Below are positions 1-10,122 of a stretch of DNA of 64,000 bases, one piece after another. The translations under genes were made by a program, and so were the position numbers. The DNA is taken from the IMG/VR virus record IMGVR_UViG_3300032219_002227, positions 96,001 to 160,000 of that record; one strand, written 5' to 3'. Under the pieces are notes generated by a model. The model had not been told where the DNA came from. It searched no databases and saw only the letters and a program-made list of their open reading frames with translations. Position 1 is the first letter of the stretch. Every line of letters begins with the position of its first letter. Source of the stretch: a virus. Its lineage: Duplodnaviria; Caudoviricetes.

Positions 1-1
1 A

Positions 2-349
2 AAATACACATGGTTAGCTAAAATTGGAGCTATTGGATATGATTTAGCATTATGGTTAAATAGACAATATAACAAATATCGCAAATGGCGTAAATTACCA
101 TATCAATCTATATCTCAAAAAATAAAAAATAGCATTAAAACCGCTACTAGTTATATTAATGATTTTGAAACTACAGCATTAAAAATGGCTGAAAAGAAAG
201 GCTGTGACGGAGTTATATGTGGTCATATACATCAACCCGAAGATAGAACTATTAATGGTAAAAGATACCTTAACAGTGGAGATTGGGTAGAAAATATGAG
301 TGCTATACTTATTGACACATACGGAAAAATTTACATTTATAATAATTAA
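2..349 (+). CDS. 3' part of LpxH/YbbF-like metallophosphoesterase (UDP-2,3-diacylglucosamine hydrolase-like), truncated by the window edge
   Basis: Manual translation of frame 2 gives ...GCDGVICGHIHQP...YLNSGDWVEN..., stop TAA 347-349. GHxH and NSGDW are C-terminal motifs of this calcineurin-like family. Confidence 0.8.
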   Translation, partial: KYTWLAKIGAIGYDLALWLNRQYNKYRKWRKLPYQSISQKIKNSIKTATSYINDFETTALKMAEKKGCDGVICGHIHQPEDRTINGKRYLNSGDWVENMSAILIDTYGKIYIYNN

Positions 350-352
350 ATT

Positions 353-478
353 ATGTATAAACTTATAAATTTGTTATTAAACTTTAATACAGGGACAAAA
401 TACAATTTTCAACGTGATATTACATGGGGTGTAATAATTATGTTATTATTATCTTTATTTGTTAATATTTATAGGTAA
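353..478 (+). CDS. 41-aa small membrane peptide
   Basis: ATG 353, TAA 476-478; hydrophobic stretch ITWGVIIMLLLSLFVNIY; fills the gap between neighbouring genes; not in the ORF track. Confidence 0.5.
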   Translation: MYKLINLLLNFNTGTKYNFQRDITWGVIIMLLLSLFVNIYR

Positions 479-496
479 TCATTTTGATTATCTATT

Positions 497-2089
497 ATGA
501 GTTTAGGAAAATATATAGCACAATTTTTATTAGAAGACGATTTCCTTGCCGAATACTCACAAAGTATCATCAATCAATTAGTTGATAAATTTAAGCAGGA
601 AAAACCTAATCTAGGAGTTGATACTATTAAAGCCTATATTAATCGCTTTAGCCAAATTAAAGATAGTCCTAGAGTAACTGAAAAAGATATTACTAAATAC
701 AATTGGAAGGATTTAGAAACTGTAGTTGATGCTAACCAACCAAAGCGTATCAAAGCAGGTAAAATAAATGATGGTGAACCTAGCAAAGATGCTAATTTAG
801 TTTATAATCAAAATGGATTAAGAATTTATGTTGGTAAAACTAAAAATGCCTGTGTTAAATATGGTAATGGTTATTCATTTTGTATTTCTGCTCGTGGTGA
901 GGATAATATGTATCATGACTATAGATATGGACAACAAGGAACACCATATTTTGTATTTGATGATACAAAATCATCTGAACAAGATGAAAATGGAAATTTT
1001 AAAGATATAACACATTTATTAGTAATATTTATCTACCCTGATCCAAATGGAGAAATGGTTGATGGTGGTAATATGTATTCAGACAATGGGATATTATATT
1101 ACACTGTAACAACAGCTGATAATCCGGGAGAAGATCAATATTCTTTCTTTAAAAATATAGAAGATAAATATCCTAGACTTAAAGGTTTAAAAAATGTATT
1201 TCAAGGTGCAGAAATAGACCCAAAAGAAAAAGCAGAATATGATCTTGATAGAAAATATGATGGTCTATTAGGCTATATTAATGAAAGTTACGGTAATATA
1301 AATGGTAAAAATTATCAAGAAGGATTTTGGGAAAAATATAGTTTTGATACTATTAAAGGAGCTAATACTAGAATTGATGATCTTATAAATGGTAAGATAG
1401 AAATATATCGTTTTGAAGGAGAACTTAAACCCGGAATAAAAGACGACGATTACATATCCACTTATGTAGCTCAAAGGAAATCAGGAAAAGATATAAAAGA
1501 ACTGTATAAAGAATTTACTGATAGTATAGTAATAATGTTATATAGGGGACCTGATACTAATCACAATATTATAGATGATTGGATTATAACATATGAAAAA
1601 ATAGACACTACAGAAACTCCAGGGTATAAAAAATACCTTAAAGATGTTAAACAATTAGTAGATAAATATAGAAATGATTTATCTAAACTAAGGTTAATGA
1701 AAGAAGGTTTAGAACGCAAAACCAAACTAAATGAAAGCGAAACAGCTACTATAGGTGAATTTGTAAAGTATGCGATTAAAAACTTGGAAATACAAAAACC
1801 CCCACGTAACTTAACCTTCTCATACGATAATGCGGCTGCTAAGGAGAAAAGGAGTTTTGGTTATTTTGATCCAAATGCTAATAAAATATGGGTTTATGTG
1901 AAGAATAGAAATATGGCTGATATATTAAGAACATTGGCTCATGAATTAGTTCATCATAAACAAAATTTAGATGGACGAATTGATTATAAAAGTGGAGAAA
2001 CTGGTTCTGATATTGAAAACGAAGCAAACGCTAAAGCAGGAATATTACTAAGAGATTTCGGGAAACAAAATAATGAAATATATCAATAA
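497..2089 (+). CDS. Putative head-internal protein: N-terminal 'CxxYG-x-[FW]CI' domain plus C-terminal zincin-like (HExxH) metallopeptidase domain
   Basis: NACVKYGNGYSFCIS motif shared with ORF 4957; LAHELVHHKQ...ENEANAKAG zincin motif; LLE/LAE/LNE sites flank the domains. Confidence 0.65.
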   Translation: MSLGKYIAQFLLEDDFLAEYSQSIINQLVDKFKQEKPNLGVDTIKAYINRFSQIKDSPRVTEKDITKYNWKDLETVVDANQPKRIKAGKINDGEPSKDANLVYNQNGLRIYVGKTKNACVKYGNGYSFCISARGEDNMYHDYRYGQQGTPYFVFDDTKSSEQDENGNFKDITHLLVIFIYPDPNGEMVDGGNMYSDNGILYYTVTTADNPGEDQYSFFKNIEDKYPRLKGLKNVFQGAEIDPKEKAEYDLDRKYDGLLGYINESYGNINGKNYQEGFWEKYSFDTIKGANTRIDDLINGKIEIYRFEGELKPGIKDDDYISTYVAQRKSGKDIKELYKEFTDSIVIMLYRGPDTNHNIIDDWIITYEKIDTTETPGYKKYLKDVKQLVDKYRNDLSKLRLMKEGLERKTKLNESETATIGEFVKYAIKNLEIQKPPRNLTFSYDNAAAKEKRSFGYFDPNANKIWVYVKNRNMADILRTLAHELVHHKQNLDGRIDYKSGETGSDIENEANAKAGILLRDFGKQNNEIYQ

Positions 2090-2092
2090 GTT

Positions 2093-2563
2093 ATGGATGC
2101 AATTTACTGCGATATGGATGGAGTCCTTGTCGATTTTAAAAAAGGTTATTACGATTTAACAAAGATAGATACTTCAAAATATGTTAAAGGTGATCACACT
2201 TTTTGGGCTCCGGTAGATAAAGAAGGCCCACAATGGTGGGCTAATTTAGATTGGATGCCTGATGGAAAAATATTATGGGATTATATTAAACCTTATAAAC
2301 CGCATATTTTATCATCTCCTTCAAAGAGTATATCTTCTAAAGTAGGTAAAGAGGCTTGGTGTAAAATCAATATCAACAACCAATATAAAAACTTATTATT
2401 ATACCCACGCCATGAAAAACAATTATTTTCAGGCAAATTCAGTATATTAATTGATGATTTAGAAGAAACTATTAAAGAATGGAATAAGCATGGAGGAATA
2501 GGTATCCACCATACTTCTGCTATTGATACAATTAAGCAACTTAAAGAATTAGGTTATGAGTGA
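2093..2563 (+). CDS. HAD-superfamily 5'(3')-deoxyribonucleotidase-like phosphatase
   Basis: DMDGVLVDF (motif I), ILSSP, ILIDD...I..W...GG.GI typical of phage NT5C-like proteins. Confidence 0.85.
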   Translation: MDAIYCDMDGVLVDFKKGYYDLTKIDTSKYVKGDHTFWAPVDKEGPQWWANLDWMPDGKILWDYIKPYKPHILSSPSKSISSKVGKEAWCKININNQYKNLLLYPRHEKQLFSGKFSILIDDLEETIKEWNKHGGIGIHHTSAIDTIKQLKELGYE

Positions 2564-3140
2564 TAATATGTTAAAGCGTGAATTTCGTGAACGTGACGTT
2601 CAACGTATGCGAAATATTATTACTAAGGATTATACTGCTAAAACAACAACGCAAGTTGGTTATTCTAAGGCCCAAATAGACCACAAAGAAGGTGATATAT
2701 GGGAGGAGAATGATAAACAATGGACTATTAAAAACGGTATTAAACAAACAGTTACGCGCTTAGATAAATTAAAACAAACATTAAACTTACCACTGACATG
2801 CCCTAAATGTGGTAAAGCAATGAAGAACCATAACTTAAATAAAAAGATGTGGTCTATTCATAAAATGTGCTTTGATTGTGTAATTACAATAGAAACTGAA
2901 TTAAAACGCACAGGACAGTACGAAGAATATGCACGCAGTTTAACAACACGCGGTGTTAAAGCATATATTAAAGATTTAGAAGATGTTGTATTAGAATTAG
3001 CTTTAGAAGATACTAATGAAGGATTTATTACTGAACAAGGCGATATTGAAAAATGGGCTGGTAAAGGATTAGACACTAAAAAACTAACCGAAGAAATACA
3101 GGAATATATACAGAAACTTAAAGATCACATTAGTGATTAA
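2556..3140 (+). CDS. Hypothetical protein with CxxC...CxxC zinc finger
   Basis: TCPKCG and MCFDC; overlaps the upstream stop. Confidence 0.7.
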   Translation: MSDNMLKREFRERDVQRMRNIITKDYTAKTTTQVGYSKAQIDHKEGDIWEENDKQWTIKNGIKQTVTRLDKLKQTLNLPLTCPKCGKAMKNHNLNKKMWSIHKMCFDCVITIETELKRTGQYEEYARSLTTRGVKAYIKDLEDVVLELALEDTNEGFITEQGDIEKWAGKGLDTKKLTEEIQEYIQKLKDHISD

Positions 3141-3181
3141 TATTTATAGGCAATGATTTACTAATTAAGTCAACCCTATAG

Positions 3182-3469
3182 ATGGAAAATAATATTTGGA
3201 CAGCCCTTATTACAGCTATAACAGTTTTGGGCGGAACTACAGCATTTAGATATTACGAAAGAAGAGCAATGCATCGTGAAAGAGATGAAGATTTTATTCG
3301 TCATGATTGTAAAGATCGCATATCAAAACTAGAAGCTCTATTAGAAGAATCATCAAAAGAAAAAGACGAAATGCGCCAGTTAATCCTTAAATTAACTGAG
3401 CAAGTTGCTGAGTTGAAAGTTAAGGTTGAATATCTTACTAGTGAAAATAACAAATTAAAAAAAGGATAA
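3182..3469 (+). CDS. Membrane protein, N-terminal TM helix plus coiled coil (possible lysis accessory)
   Basis: IWTALITAITVLGGTTAF hydrophobic segment, then heptad-rich C-terminus. Confidence 0.6.
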   Translation: MENNIWTALITAITVLGGTTAFRYYERRAMHRERDEDFIRHDCKDRISKLEALLEESSKEKDEMRQLILKLTEQVAELKVKVEYLTSENNKLKKG

Positions 3470-3702
3470 TGTATAGTCTACTTGAACTACTTAAGCTCCA
3501 AGAAGGTCCTATAGAATACCCAGATGATCATGAACCTGGTATGCGTGTAACTAAAGGTGGTTCTATGTGTGCTAACTGTGAGTATCATGAAGCTGAAGAT
3601 AATTTATGTAATAACAAATATTGGCTGAAATGGCATGATGGTGATGCCAAAATCCCAGCTCCAGCAGATGAATATTGTTGTAATTGGTGGCATGCAAAAT
3701 AA
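3469..3702 (+). CDS. Small Cys-rich protein with HiPIP-like Cys pattern; tagged putative internal protein
   Basis: MYSLLELLKLQE leader; CANCEY...C...I....YCCNWW. Confidence 0.55.
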   Translation: MYSLLELLKLQEGPIEYPDDHEPGMRVTKGGSMCANCEYHEAEDNLCNNKYWLKWHDGDAKIPAPADEYCCNWWHAK

Positions 3703-3708
3703 TATATT

Positions 3709-4218
3709 ATGATTAAATTATTAGATATACTACATGAAAATATTATAGGTGGTGAAATTGAATGTGAAAAGTGTGGACATACATGGGAATTAGCAGACGG
3801 AGGAGACAATCCATATATTTGTCATAATAAAACATCAGGAGAAGAATGTGGATATGATAATAGTGGACAAATAGAAGAGTACGATGTTGAAAATAAACAA
3901 GATTTAAGAGAATTTATCGAGTTTATGGAGTCATATCAAGATGAGCTTAATGAAGCTGATTGTGATTGTCTGTTAGAAGCTAAATATCAAGGTCGTACAG
4001 TACCGTTAGGTAAACCAATGCGTGGTGATAGTAAGAAATTTAAAGTATATGTTAAAAATCCTAAAACAGGTAAAGTTGTAAAAGTAAACTTTGGTGCTAA
4101 GGGAATGAATATTAAGAAAAATAATCCTAAACGCCGTAAAGCATTTAGAGCAAGACATAACTGCGATAATCCAGGACCACGTACTAAAGCAAGATACTGG
4201 TCATGTAGAAAATGGTAA
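3709..4218 (+). CDS. Putative internal protein: MIKLLDILHE tag, Zn ribbon, basic C-terminal domain (VNFG...RRKAFRARHNC...YWSC)
   Basis: CEKC...CH...C ribbon; the basic C-terminal domain is a type recurrent in large phages and giant viruses. Confidence 0.7.
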   Translation: MIKLLDILHENIIGGEIECEKCGHTWELADGGDNPYICHNKTSGEECGYDNSGQIEEYDVENKQDLREFIEFMESYQDELNEADCDCLLEAKYQGRTVPLGKPMRGDSKKFKVYVKNPKTGKVVKVNFGAKGMNIKKNNPKRRKAFRARHNCDNPGPRTKARYWSCRKW

Positions 4219-4232
4219 TATGATGTAAAAAA

Positions 4233-4550
4233 ATGATTAAACTAACTGACATACTAAAAGAAGTAAAAGAAACATTTGAAAATTTTGCTACTACTCGTGG
4301 TAAAGGTGCTGCTAAAATTGCAGCTACTGCTGAAAAGAAAGGTGGATTATCTTTATTAACATGGCATCATTTTAAAGTTAAGGCTCCATATTATAAAAAA
4401 GCTACTGAGGGTAAATTTGATAAAGAAGCTGCTAAAAAAGAGTTTGAAAAAACACTAAAAAGCATATCATTAAACATGACTCAAATAGAATTTCAACGTG
4501 AAGTTGGTCGTTTAGAGGTATTGGGTGAATTACTAATAAGAGACAAATGA
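4233..4550 (+). CDS. Putative internal protein, MIKLTDILKE tag
   Basis: First 11 aa identical to the next ORF; body unrelated. Confidence 0.7.
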   Translation: MIKLTDILKEVKETFENFATTRGKGAAKIAATAEKKGGLSLLTWHHFKVKAPYYKKATEGKFDKEAAKKEFEKTLKSISLNMTQIEFQREVGRLEVLGELLIRDK

Positions 4551-4957
4551 TTAAATTAACAGACATATTAAAAGAAGTATTAGAAGAAAAGAAAAAGAAA
4601 AAAGATCGATGTGCTCGTATTGCTAATCGCAAATACGATAAGCCATCCGCTTATAAATCAGGAGCTATTGTACGTTGTCGTAAAGGTAATATTTGGAAAG
4701 GATTAAAAGAGGAAATCGATCAATTAGACGAGAAAAAAAAAGAAACTCTTCATACCTGGTTTAAACGTAAAGGTGCACCTGGTAAAACAGGGGGTTGGGT
4801 TGATTGTAATACATGCCGTGAAGTAGACGGTAAAAAAAAATGTAAGCCTTGTGGCCGTAAAAAAGGTGAAACACGTACAAAATATCCTTCATGCCGTCCA
4901 ACACCTTCACAATGTTCAGATCCAGGTAAGGGTAAAAAATGGGGAAAAACTAAGTAA
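4547..4957 (+). CDS. Putative internal protein, MIKLTDILKE tag, very basic Cys-rich domains (DUF5872-like)
   Basis: DRC...PSAYKSGAIVRCRK and LHTWF...GGWVDC...KPCGR...KYPSCRP motifs. Confidence 0.7.
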   Translation: MIKLTDILKEVLEEKKKKKDRCARIANRKYDKPSAYKSGAIVRCRKGNIWKGLKEEIDQLDEKKKETLHTWFKRKGAPGKTGGWVDCNTCREVDGKKKCKPCGRKKGETRTKYPSCRPTPSQCSDPGKGKKWGKTK

Positions 4958-7896
4958 TGAAAAATATAGATAGATTTATATTACACGTTGTACAAAATTT
5001 ATTTCCTTTAAGTGAATATAAGGAAGGAGCATTTAATCAAATTTTAGCACATTATAAAGAAGAAGCTGAGGATAATAATATTAATATTACCGAGCCTCAA
5101 TTAAAAAAATATATTGAACTTTTTGATAAGAACAAGAAAAAGTTCATGGATAAAATAGGAACTGATCTAATAAAACCAGGACCTGGTGGTAAACTTGAAA
5201 TAGTAGTTCCTTTATCTACATTAATGAAATTAGCATCTGGTCTTTCTGGAAGTAATATCGAAGACGAAGAAGATCGAACCCTAGATGTAGTATTTCCTAA
5301 ACAAGGAGATCCTACTCCTCAAGAAGGAGAACCAGGATATAGAATGATAGTATATAATGGCAGTAAAGAAGGTAACTGTATTAGATACGGTCAAGGTGAA
5401 AAATGGTGTATAACTAGAGGTTCATATGGTAGTTATCGTTATAGAGCTGATAAAGGATACCCTACATTTTATCTAGCAAAAAATGATAACTTACCTGAAA
5501 CAGACAAAAATAGTTTTGTTGCTATCCAAGTTAGAGGTGAACGTGATGAAAGTAATAGATATGTTTATACAGATAGAAGTAATTCTCCTTATGAGTCTTC
5601 TGAAATGTCTTTTGAAGATCTAACTAGTCGAGTTCCATGGTTAAGAGATATTCCTAATTTAAAGAGTATTTTAAAATACATTCCTTTATCTTCTCAAGAA
5701 AAAAATACCCAAATATATAAAGATAAACCTGCAAGTATTAGAGACTGGATATACTTTCCAGATCTTAATACTAAACAACAATACTTAGTAGTAAGAGCAG
5801 GTAAACAAAAATTTAATGATATAAGTGATGAAAGATTTGTAAGAGATTATTTACCTGATTATCCGGATCTGGCTAGATTTTTAGCTATAACTCCAAATAT
5901 TATTAATACTGAGCTTTTATTACAATATCTAGATAAATTACCTCGTAATGATCAATCATCAGTTGTAGCTAATCTTAGAAGTAAAGTTTCTCCCAGATCA
6001 TTACCTTCAGCTGATTTATCTTTTACAGCAAAAAAATTAATAACATACAAAGATAAATGGAATCTAAGTCCAGACCAAAAAATATATGTTACAAAAGATG
6101 GTCAGTCTATTATTTTATTAACATTAGGAGATAATATTAAAATAGACCGATACACTGAAGAAAAGGATTTTCCTAATATTAAATTAAATCAACGTACATC
6201 AAAATATCTACTTGATTATCCTAATTTAGATGAAATTCCTTTAAAAAATTTAATTAAATTAGCTGAAGATGAAGTTGTTGATAAAGAATTTATTAATCGT
6301 ATATTAAATAAAGCTAAAGAAGATCCTAACTCATCTCTTATAGTTAAGTCAGTAGATGATGGTGAAATTATATTAGACTCAAATTCATTTTCTTCATATA
6401 AAGTAGGATCAGATGGTAAAATAACATCAGTACCATTTGATAATGAAGAAGTACAACAAGCTATTACTGATGTTGCTGATAATGAGACTTTTAAAGAAAA
6501 AGCTTTAAATTTATTTAAAACTAGAAATTATATTCCGACTACTGTAGATAAAAAAGGATTGTTTAATGTTATTAATTCACTTTCTTATAATGACAGAGAA
6601 TTTCAAATTGAAGGTGAAAACCCAGTAGTATTATTAACTTCTACTAGTGAAGAAATTCCTTTCTTTACTATAACTACTTCTCCTGCTAGATTTATCAGTG
6701 ATCCTAGTCCTCAAACAGTATATAACAACGCAGGAGAAACACGTGGTGGTTATAGTTTTTCTATTAATAATGAAGCAGCATCATCTTATTTTGATTATTT
6801 AAGACGAGGAAATAAATCATTTAATGATCTTGAATTAACACGTTTTTTAGGTAATAAAAATATTAGTATTGGAGCTAAAAAAACATTTATAAGAAACAAT
6901 CCTCCTACTGGTGAAAATAATGCCTTTAGAGCTATTATAAGTAATGATAGAGGTAGTGAAGAAATTTTTCTTATTGATACTAGAACGCCTAGTGATAGTT
7001 TTGTGTTATCTTCTGCTAGAAATAATTTAAAAGGTATAAATATACCTGCATCAAAAGCAAGACAAATGTTAGGTCAAGCAGCACCTGCTACTTTAGCGGC
7101 AGCTGCTGATGATCAAACTCGTAGAAGAGGTAGACCAGCAGGCCAAACAAATACTCCTCGTCCTGAACAACCAGTTGCTGTAGATGCAGGCGGCGGTGGT
7201 GGAGATATAGATGTAGCAGCTAGAATGGGAGAAGTTGGATTAGGTACTGCATTTATGCGATTACCTACATCTGATCGTAGAAGATTAATGGTGACAGATG
7301 GTGTACGTGTTAATCCTAATAACCATAATGGTAGTACTCGTCGTAATAATGTATTAGCTGGTGCTGGTAGAGTAGGACAAACAATTAAAATAGGTGATAG
7401 CTTTATTTATATTATTAGATTAACTAATCAACAGATAGTAGCATTTATCAATGTTCAACCAGTAAATAATAACTACCTATTAACAAGTAATGAAAATGGT
7501 AATGTAGTTGTTCCACTTAGTTCTCCAAGACTTCTATTACAAGCATTACAACAACGTAACTTAGCAGAAGTTCACCAATATATAGTAAATGAATATCTTG
7601 GAACATATCCAGAACATTTAAGTGAATTTAAAGAATTATTACGTAAACATATAAACGAAAAAAAGAAACAAGAAATGAACAAGAATAAATTAAAAGAAGC
7701 AATTCGTCAATTAGTAGACAAAGTGTTAACTGAAGAAATGACTAACAGTACATCAATGTCCACTGCACGAAAAATTGAAAACGACATTGAATCAGGTAAA
7801 TTAGACCCAGCTGAAGTAAAAGCCGCTGCTGAAAAAGCTGAAAAAGGCGATTCTACAGATCTAGCTATGTTAATGTTTACATACCTACAAAAATAA
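4957..7896 (+). CDS. 979-aa putative internal protein: 'CxxYG-x-WCI' domain, AT-hook, C-terminal tagged helical module
   Basis: NCIRYGQGEKWCITR paralogous to ORF 497; RRRGRP AT-hook; LKEAIRQLVDKVLTEE near the C-terminus. Confidence 0.65.
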   Translation: MKNIDRFILHVVQNLFPLSEYKEGAFNQILAHYKEEAEDNNINITEPQLKKYIELFDKNKKKFMDKIGTDLIKPGPGGKLEIVVPLSTLMKLASGLSGSNIEDEEDRTLDVVFPKQGDPTPQEGEPGYRMIVYNGSKEGNCIRYGQGEKWCITRGSYGSYRYRADKGYPTFYLAKNDNLPETDKNSFVAIQVRGERDESNRYVYTDRSNSPYESSEMSFEDLTSRVPWLRDIPNLKSILKYIPLSSQEKNTQIYKDKPASIRDWIYFPDLNTKQQYLVVRAGKQKFNDISDERFVRDYLPDYPDLARFLAITPNIINTELLLQYLDKLPRNDQSSVVANLRSKVSPRSLPSADLSFTAKKLITYKDKWNLSPDQKIYVTKDGQSIILLTLGDNIKIDRYTEEKDFPNIKLNQRTSKYLLDYPNLDEIPLKNLIKLAEDEVVDKEFINRILNKAKEDPNSSLIVKSVDDGEIILDSNSFSSYKVGSDGKITSVPFDNEEVQQAITDVADNETFKEKALNLFKTRNYIPTTVDKKGLFNVINSLSYNDREFQIEGENPVVLLTSTSEEIPFFTITTSPARFISDPSPQTVYNNAGETRGGYSFSINNEAASSYFDYLRRGNKSFNDLELTRFLGNKNISIGAKKTFIRNNPPTGENNAFRAIISNDRGSEEIFLIDTRTPSDSFVLSSARNNLKGINIPASKARQMLGQAAPATLAAAADDQTRRRGRPAGQTNTPRPEQPVAVDAGGGGGDIDVAARMGEVGLGTAFMRLPTSDRRRLMVTDGVRVNPNNHNGSTRRNNVLAGAGRVGQTIKIGDSFIYIIRLTNQQIVAFINVQPVNNNYLLTSNENGNVVVPLSSPRLLLQALQQRNLAEVHQYIVNEYLGTYPEHLSEFKELLRKHINEKKKQEMNKNKLKEAIRQLVDKVLTEEMTNSTSMSTARKIENDIESGKLDPAEVKAAAEKAEKGDSTDLAMLMFTYLQK

Positions 7897-7961
7897 GGCA
7901 ATAAATAACTTAGGTAAAATTTTATAATATTTATACACATAAACACAACAAAAATAAAATC

Positions 7962-8459
7962 ATGAATATCAACGAAGTACGCAGCATTATCCGCCAAGTA
8001 ATTGCTGAAGCAATTGAAGAAAAAAAAGGCGCACCTAAAAGTAATTTTAAGTTAGTAGAACTTAAAAAAGAAATGGAAAATTTAAGGAAAATGAAAGAAT
8101 CTTTAGGTCAATTTCAAATTTCTGAAGGCGGTGAACAACAATTTGTAGCTGAATATGCTCATATGCAAAAATTTGTTACTGAATATAATAAAATTAAAGA
8201 AGCTCACGCTCGTTTATCTGAAATGTTAGATAATCAAATTAGTGCTGTAGATACTAGAATCAAAACCGAAACTGACAAGATTAAGGAAATGATGGGTCTT
8301 ATCGAAAAAGCTAAAAAACCAACTGAAAAGAAGGAAAAGAAAGCTGACAAAGATACTTCTAAAAGTAAGCATGAAAAAGGTGAATCTGAGGAAGAAGAAG
8401 AAGAACATGATGAAGAGCCTAAACCAAAGAAAAAACCAGCCGTTAAAAAAGATAAATAA
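7962..8459 (+). CDS. Coiled-coil, charged putative head-core/internal protein
   Basis: VRSIIRQVIAE N-tag; KIKEMMGLIE; K/E-rich tail; ATATTTAT upstream. Confidence 0.65.
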   Translation: MNINEVRSIIRQVIAEAIEEKKGAPKSNFKLVELKKEMENLRKMKESLGQFQISEGGEQQFVAEYAHMQKFVTEYNKIKEAHARLSEMLDNQISAVDTRIKTETDKIKEMMGLIEKAKKPTEKKEKKADKDTSKSKHEKGESEEEEEEHDEEPKPKKKPAVKKDK

Positions 8460-8461
8460 CA

Positions 8462-8848
8462 ATGGATAACGCTTTAATAGGACAATTTATATCAACATTA
8501 ATGTCTGCCCGTACTCAGGCACACATTTTTCATCTACAAACTCCATCATTTGCTGCTCATAAAGCATTAAATGAATTTTATGAAGATATTGTAGATATGA
8601 TTGATACTTTAGTTGAATCTTATCAAGGTAAATACGGTATTGTTGAAGGATATGGTAACGTGTCTTTACAAGAGTATCAAAGCTGTGATGGTATTATAGC
8701 TTATTTTGCTACATTAGTAATGTTCATTGAAAAGAGTAGAAGTATGATCGCTCAAGACTCATACATTCAAAACCAAGTAGATGAACTCGTTGCTTTAATA
8801 TATTCTTTACTCTATAAATTACGTTTCTTAAGTGATAAAGCTAATTGA
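8462..8848 (+). CDS. Ferritin/Dps-like four-helix-bundle protein (DUF5856-type)
   Basis: HIFHLQT.SFAAHKALNEFYE...D.LVESYQGKYG...QNQVDE...YKLRFL. Confidence 0.8.
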   Translation: MDNALIGQFISTLMSARTQAHIFHLQTPSFAAHKALNEFYEDIVDMIDTLVESYQGKYGIVEGYGNVSLQEYQSCDGIIAYFATLVMFIEKSRSMIAQDSYIQNQVDELVALIYSLLYKLRFLSDKAN

Positions 8849-9581
8849 TTTAATTAATGAAGAAAAAATGACTCCTGCTCAAAAGAAAAAGCGCGGAGAA
8901 ATTTATGACAAGCTAACAGCAGACGGAATGTCTTCTAAAAAAGCAGGACCAATTGCTACATCAAAAGCTATGTCTGAAAAGAAAGGTATAGATAGAGATA
9001 AGGACGGTGATATAGATAGTGAGGATTGGAAAATAGGAAGGGATATTGCTATTAAAGCAAAATCTAAAAAAGTAAATGAAGAAAATATTCCAGCCCCATT
9101 AGCTTCTCTTTATGACTTAGTTGAAAAATTAATAGCACAAGATATTACTAAAGATGAAATATTACGAATAGTAAATTTTGCTACTGCTAAGTTAAATGAA
9201 GGATCAGACCATGAAGTATCAATGGCGGTATCTAGTTTAGAAGCAATTGCAAAAGCAATTATAGAATTAAGACAAAAACTAGGTAATGTAGAACGTAATA
9301 TTCCAGGCTGGATTCAAGATCACGTTGCTAAAGCAGAAAATTATATTGAACAAGCAGCTCAAGGATTTCATGAACTAAAAGATGATAAAATGAACGAAAC
9401 TAAAAGAATGCAACAATTAGCAGGTATGTTAAATGAAAATGATCAACCTGGTATCTATTTTGATATTGAACAAGATTTAATGCACGGTGAATTTGAAAGT
9501 ATTGATGATCAAGTTAACTATCTTCAAGATGTTATTAATTTCTGCAATGATAAAATAGCTGAATTACAAGCTAATGGATAA
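8832..9581 (+). CDS. Multi-module putative internal protein (GTG start)
   Basis: MIKLIDLINE tag; EF-hand-like DRDKDGDIDSED; DHEVSMA...IPGWIQDHVAKA module; RMQQLAGMLNE. Confidence 0.65.
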   Translation: MIKLIDLINEEKMTPAQKKKRGEIYDKLTADGMSSKKAGPIATSKAMSEKKGIDRDKDGDIDSEDWKIGRDIAIKAKSKKVNEENIPAPLASLYDLVEKLIAQDITKDEILRIVNFATAKLNEGSDHEVSMAVSSLEAIAKAIIELRQKLGNVERNIPGWIQDHVAKAENYIEQAAQGFHELKDDKMNETKRMQQLAGMLNENDQPGIYFDIEQDLMHGEFESIDDQVNYLQDVINFCNDKIAELQANG

Positions 9582-10104
9582 AAAATTAATACTAGAAAAA
9601 TACATTAAAGTAGCAGTACGTAAAGCACTTGCTGAACAAGAAGCAATGGAAAAACGTGCTACTAAATCTATGTATTTAATATATCGTTTTCCTGGTCTAA
9701 AAAAGGTTGTAGAAGAATTAATGTCTCCTGCTTTTGGTCGTTATATTACTGAAGTAGATATTGTTGCTCCTAAACCAACAACATTTAATATTAAATTAAT
9801 TAACGAACAAGAATTTACAGTTGTATATGATGGTAGAAAAAATTACACTGCTAAAGTAGCAGGTAAAAGATATAATGTACAATTACTAAGTGAATTAGAA
9901 AGAGCATCTCAAGCGATAGCAGACTTATTAGAATTAAATTATGCTATTGAAGAAAAAGGAGCTCCTGAACCTGACGCCGGAGCTGAAGCATTTACAGCAG
10001 CTAATGCTCCAGAAGCAAACTCACCAGCAGGAGGAGAAACACCACCAGCCGAAGAACCAGCTCCTGAAATACCAGATGAAGAAACTCCACTCGCTGGAGC
10101 TTAA
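9574..10104 (+). CDS. Putative internal protein with acidic Pro-rich tail
   Basis: LEKYIKVAVRKALAE N-tag; P/E/A-rich C-terminus. Confidence 0.65.
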   Translation: MDKKLILEKYIKVAVRKALAEQEAMEKRATKSMYLIYRFPGLKKVVEELMSPAFGRYITEVDIVAPKPTTFNIKLINEQEFTVVYDGRKNYTAKVAGKRYNVQLLSELERASQAIADLLELNYAIEEKGAPEPDAGAEAFTAANAPEANSPAGGETPPAEEPAPEIPDEETPLAGA

Positions 10105-10122
10105 TAAAACAAATAACAATTT

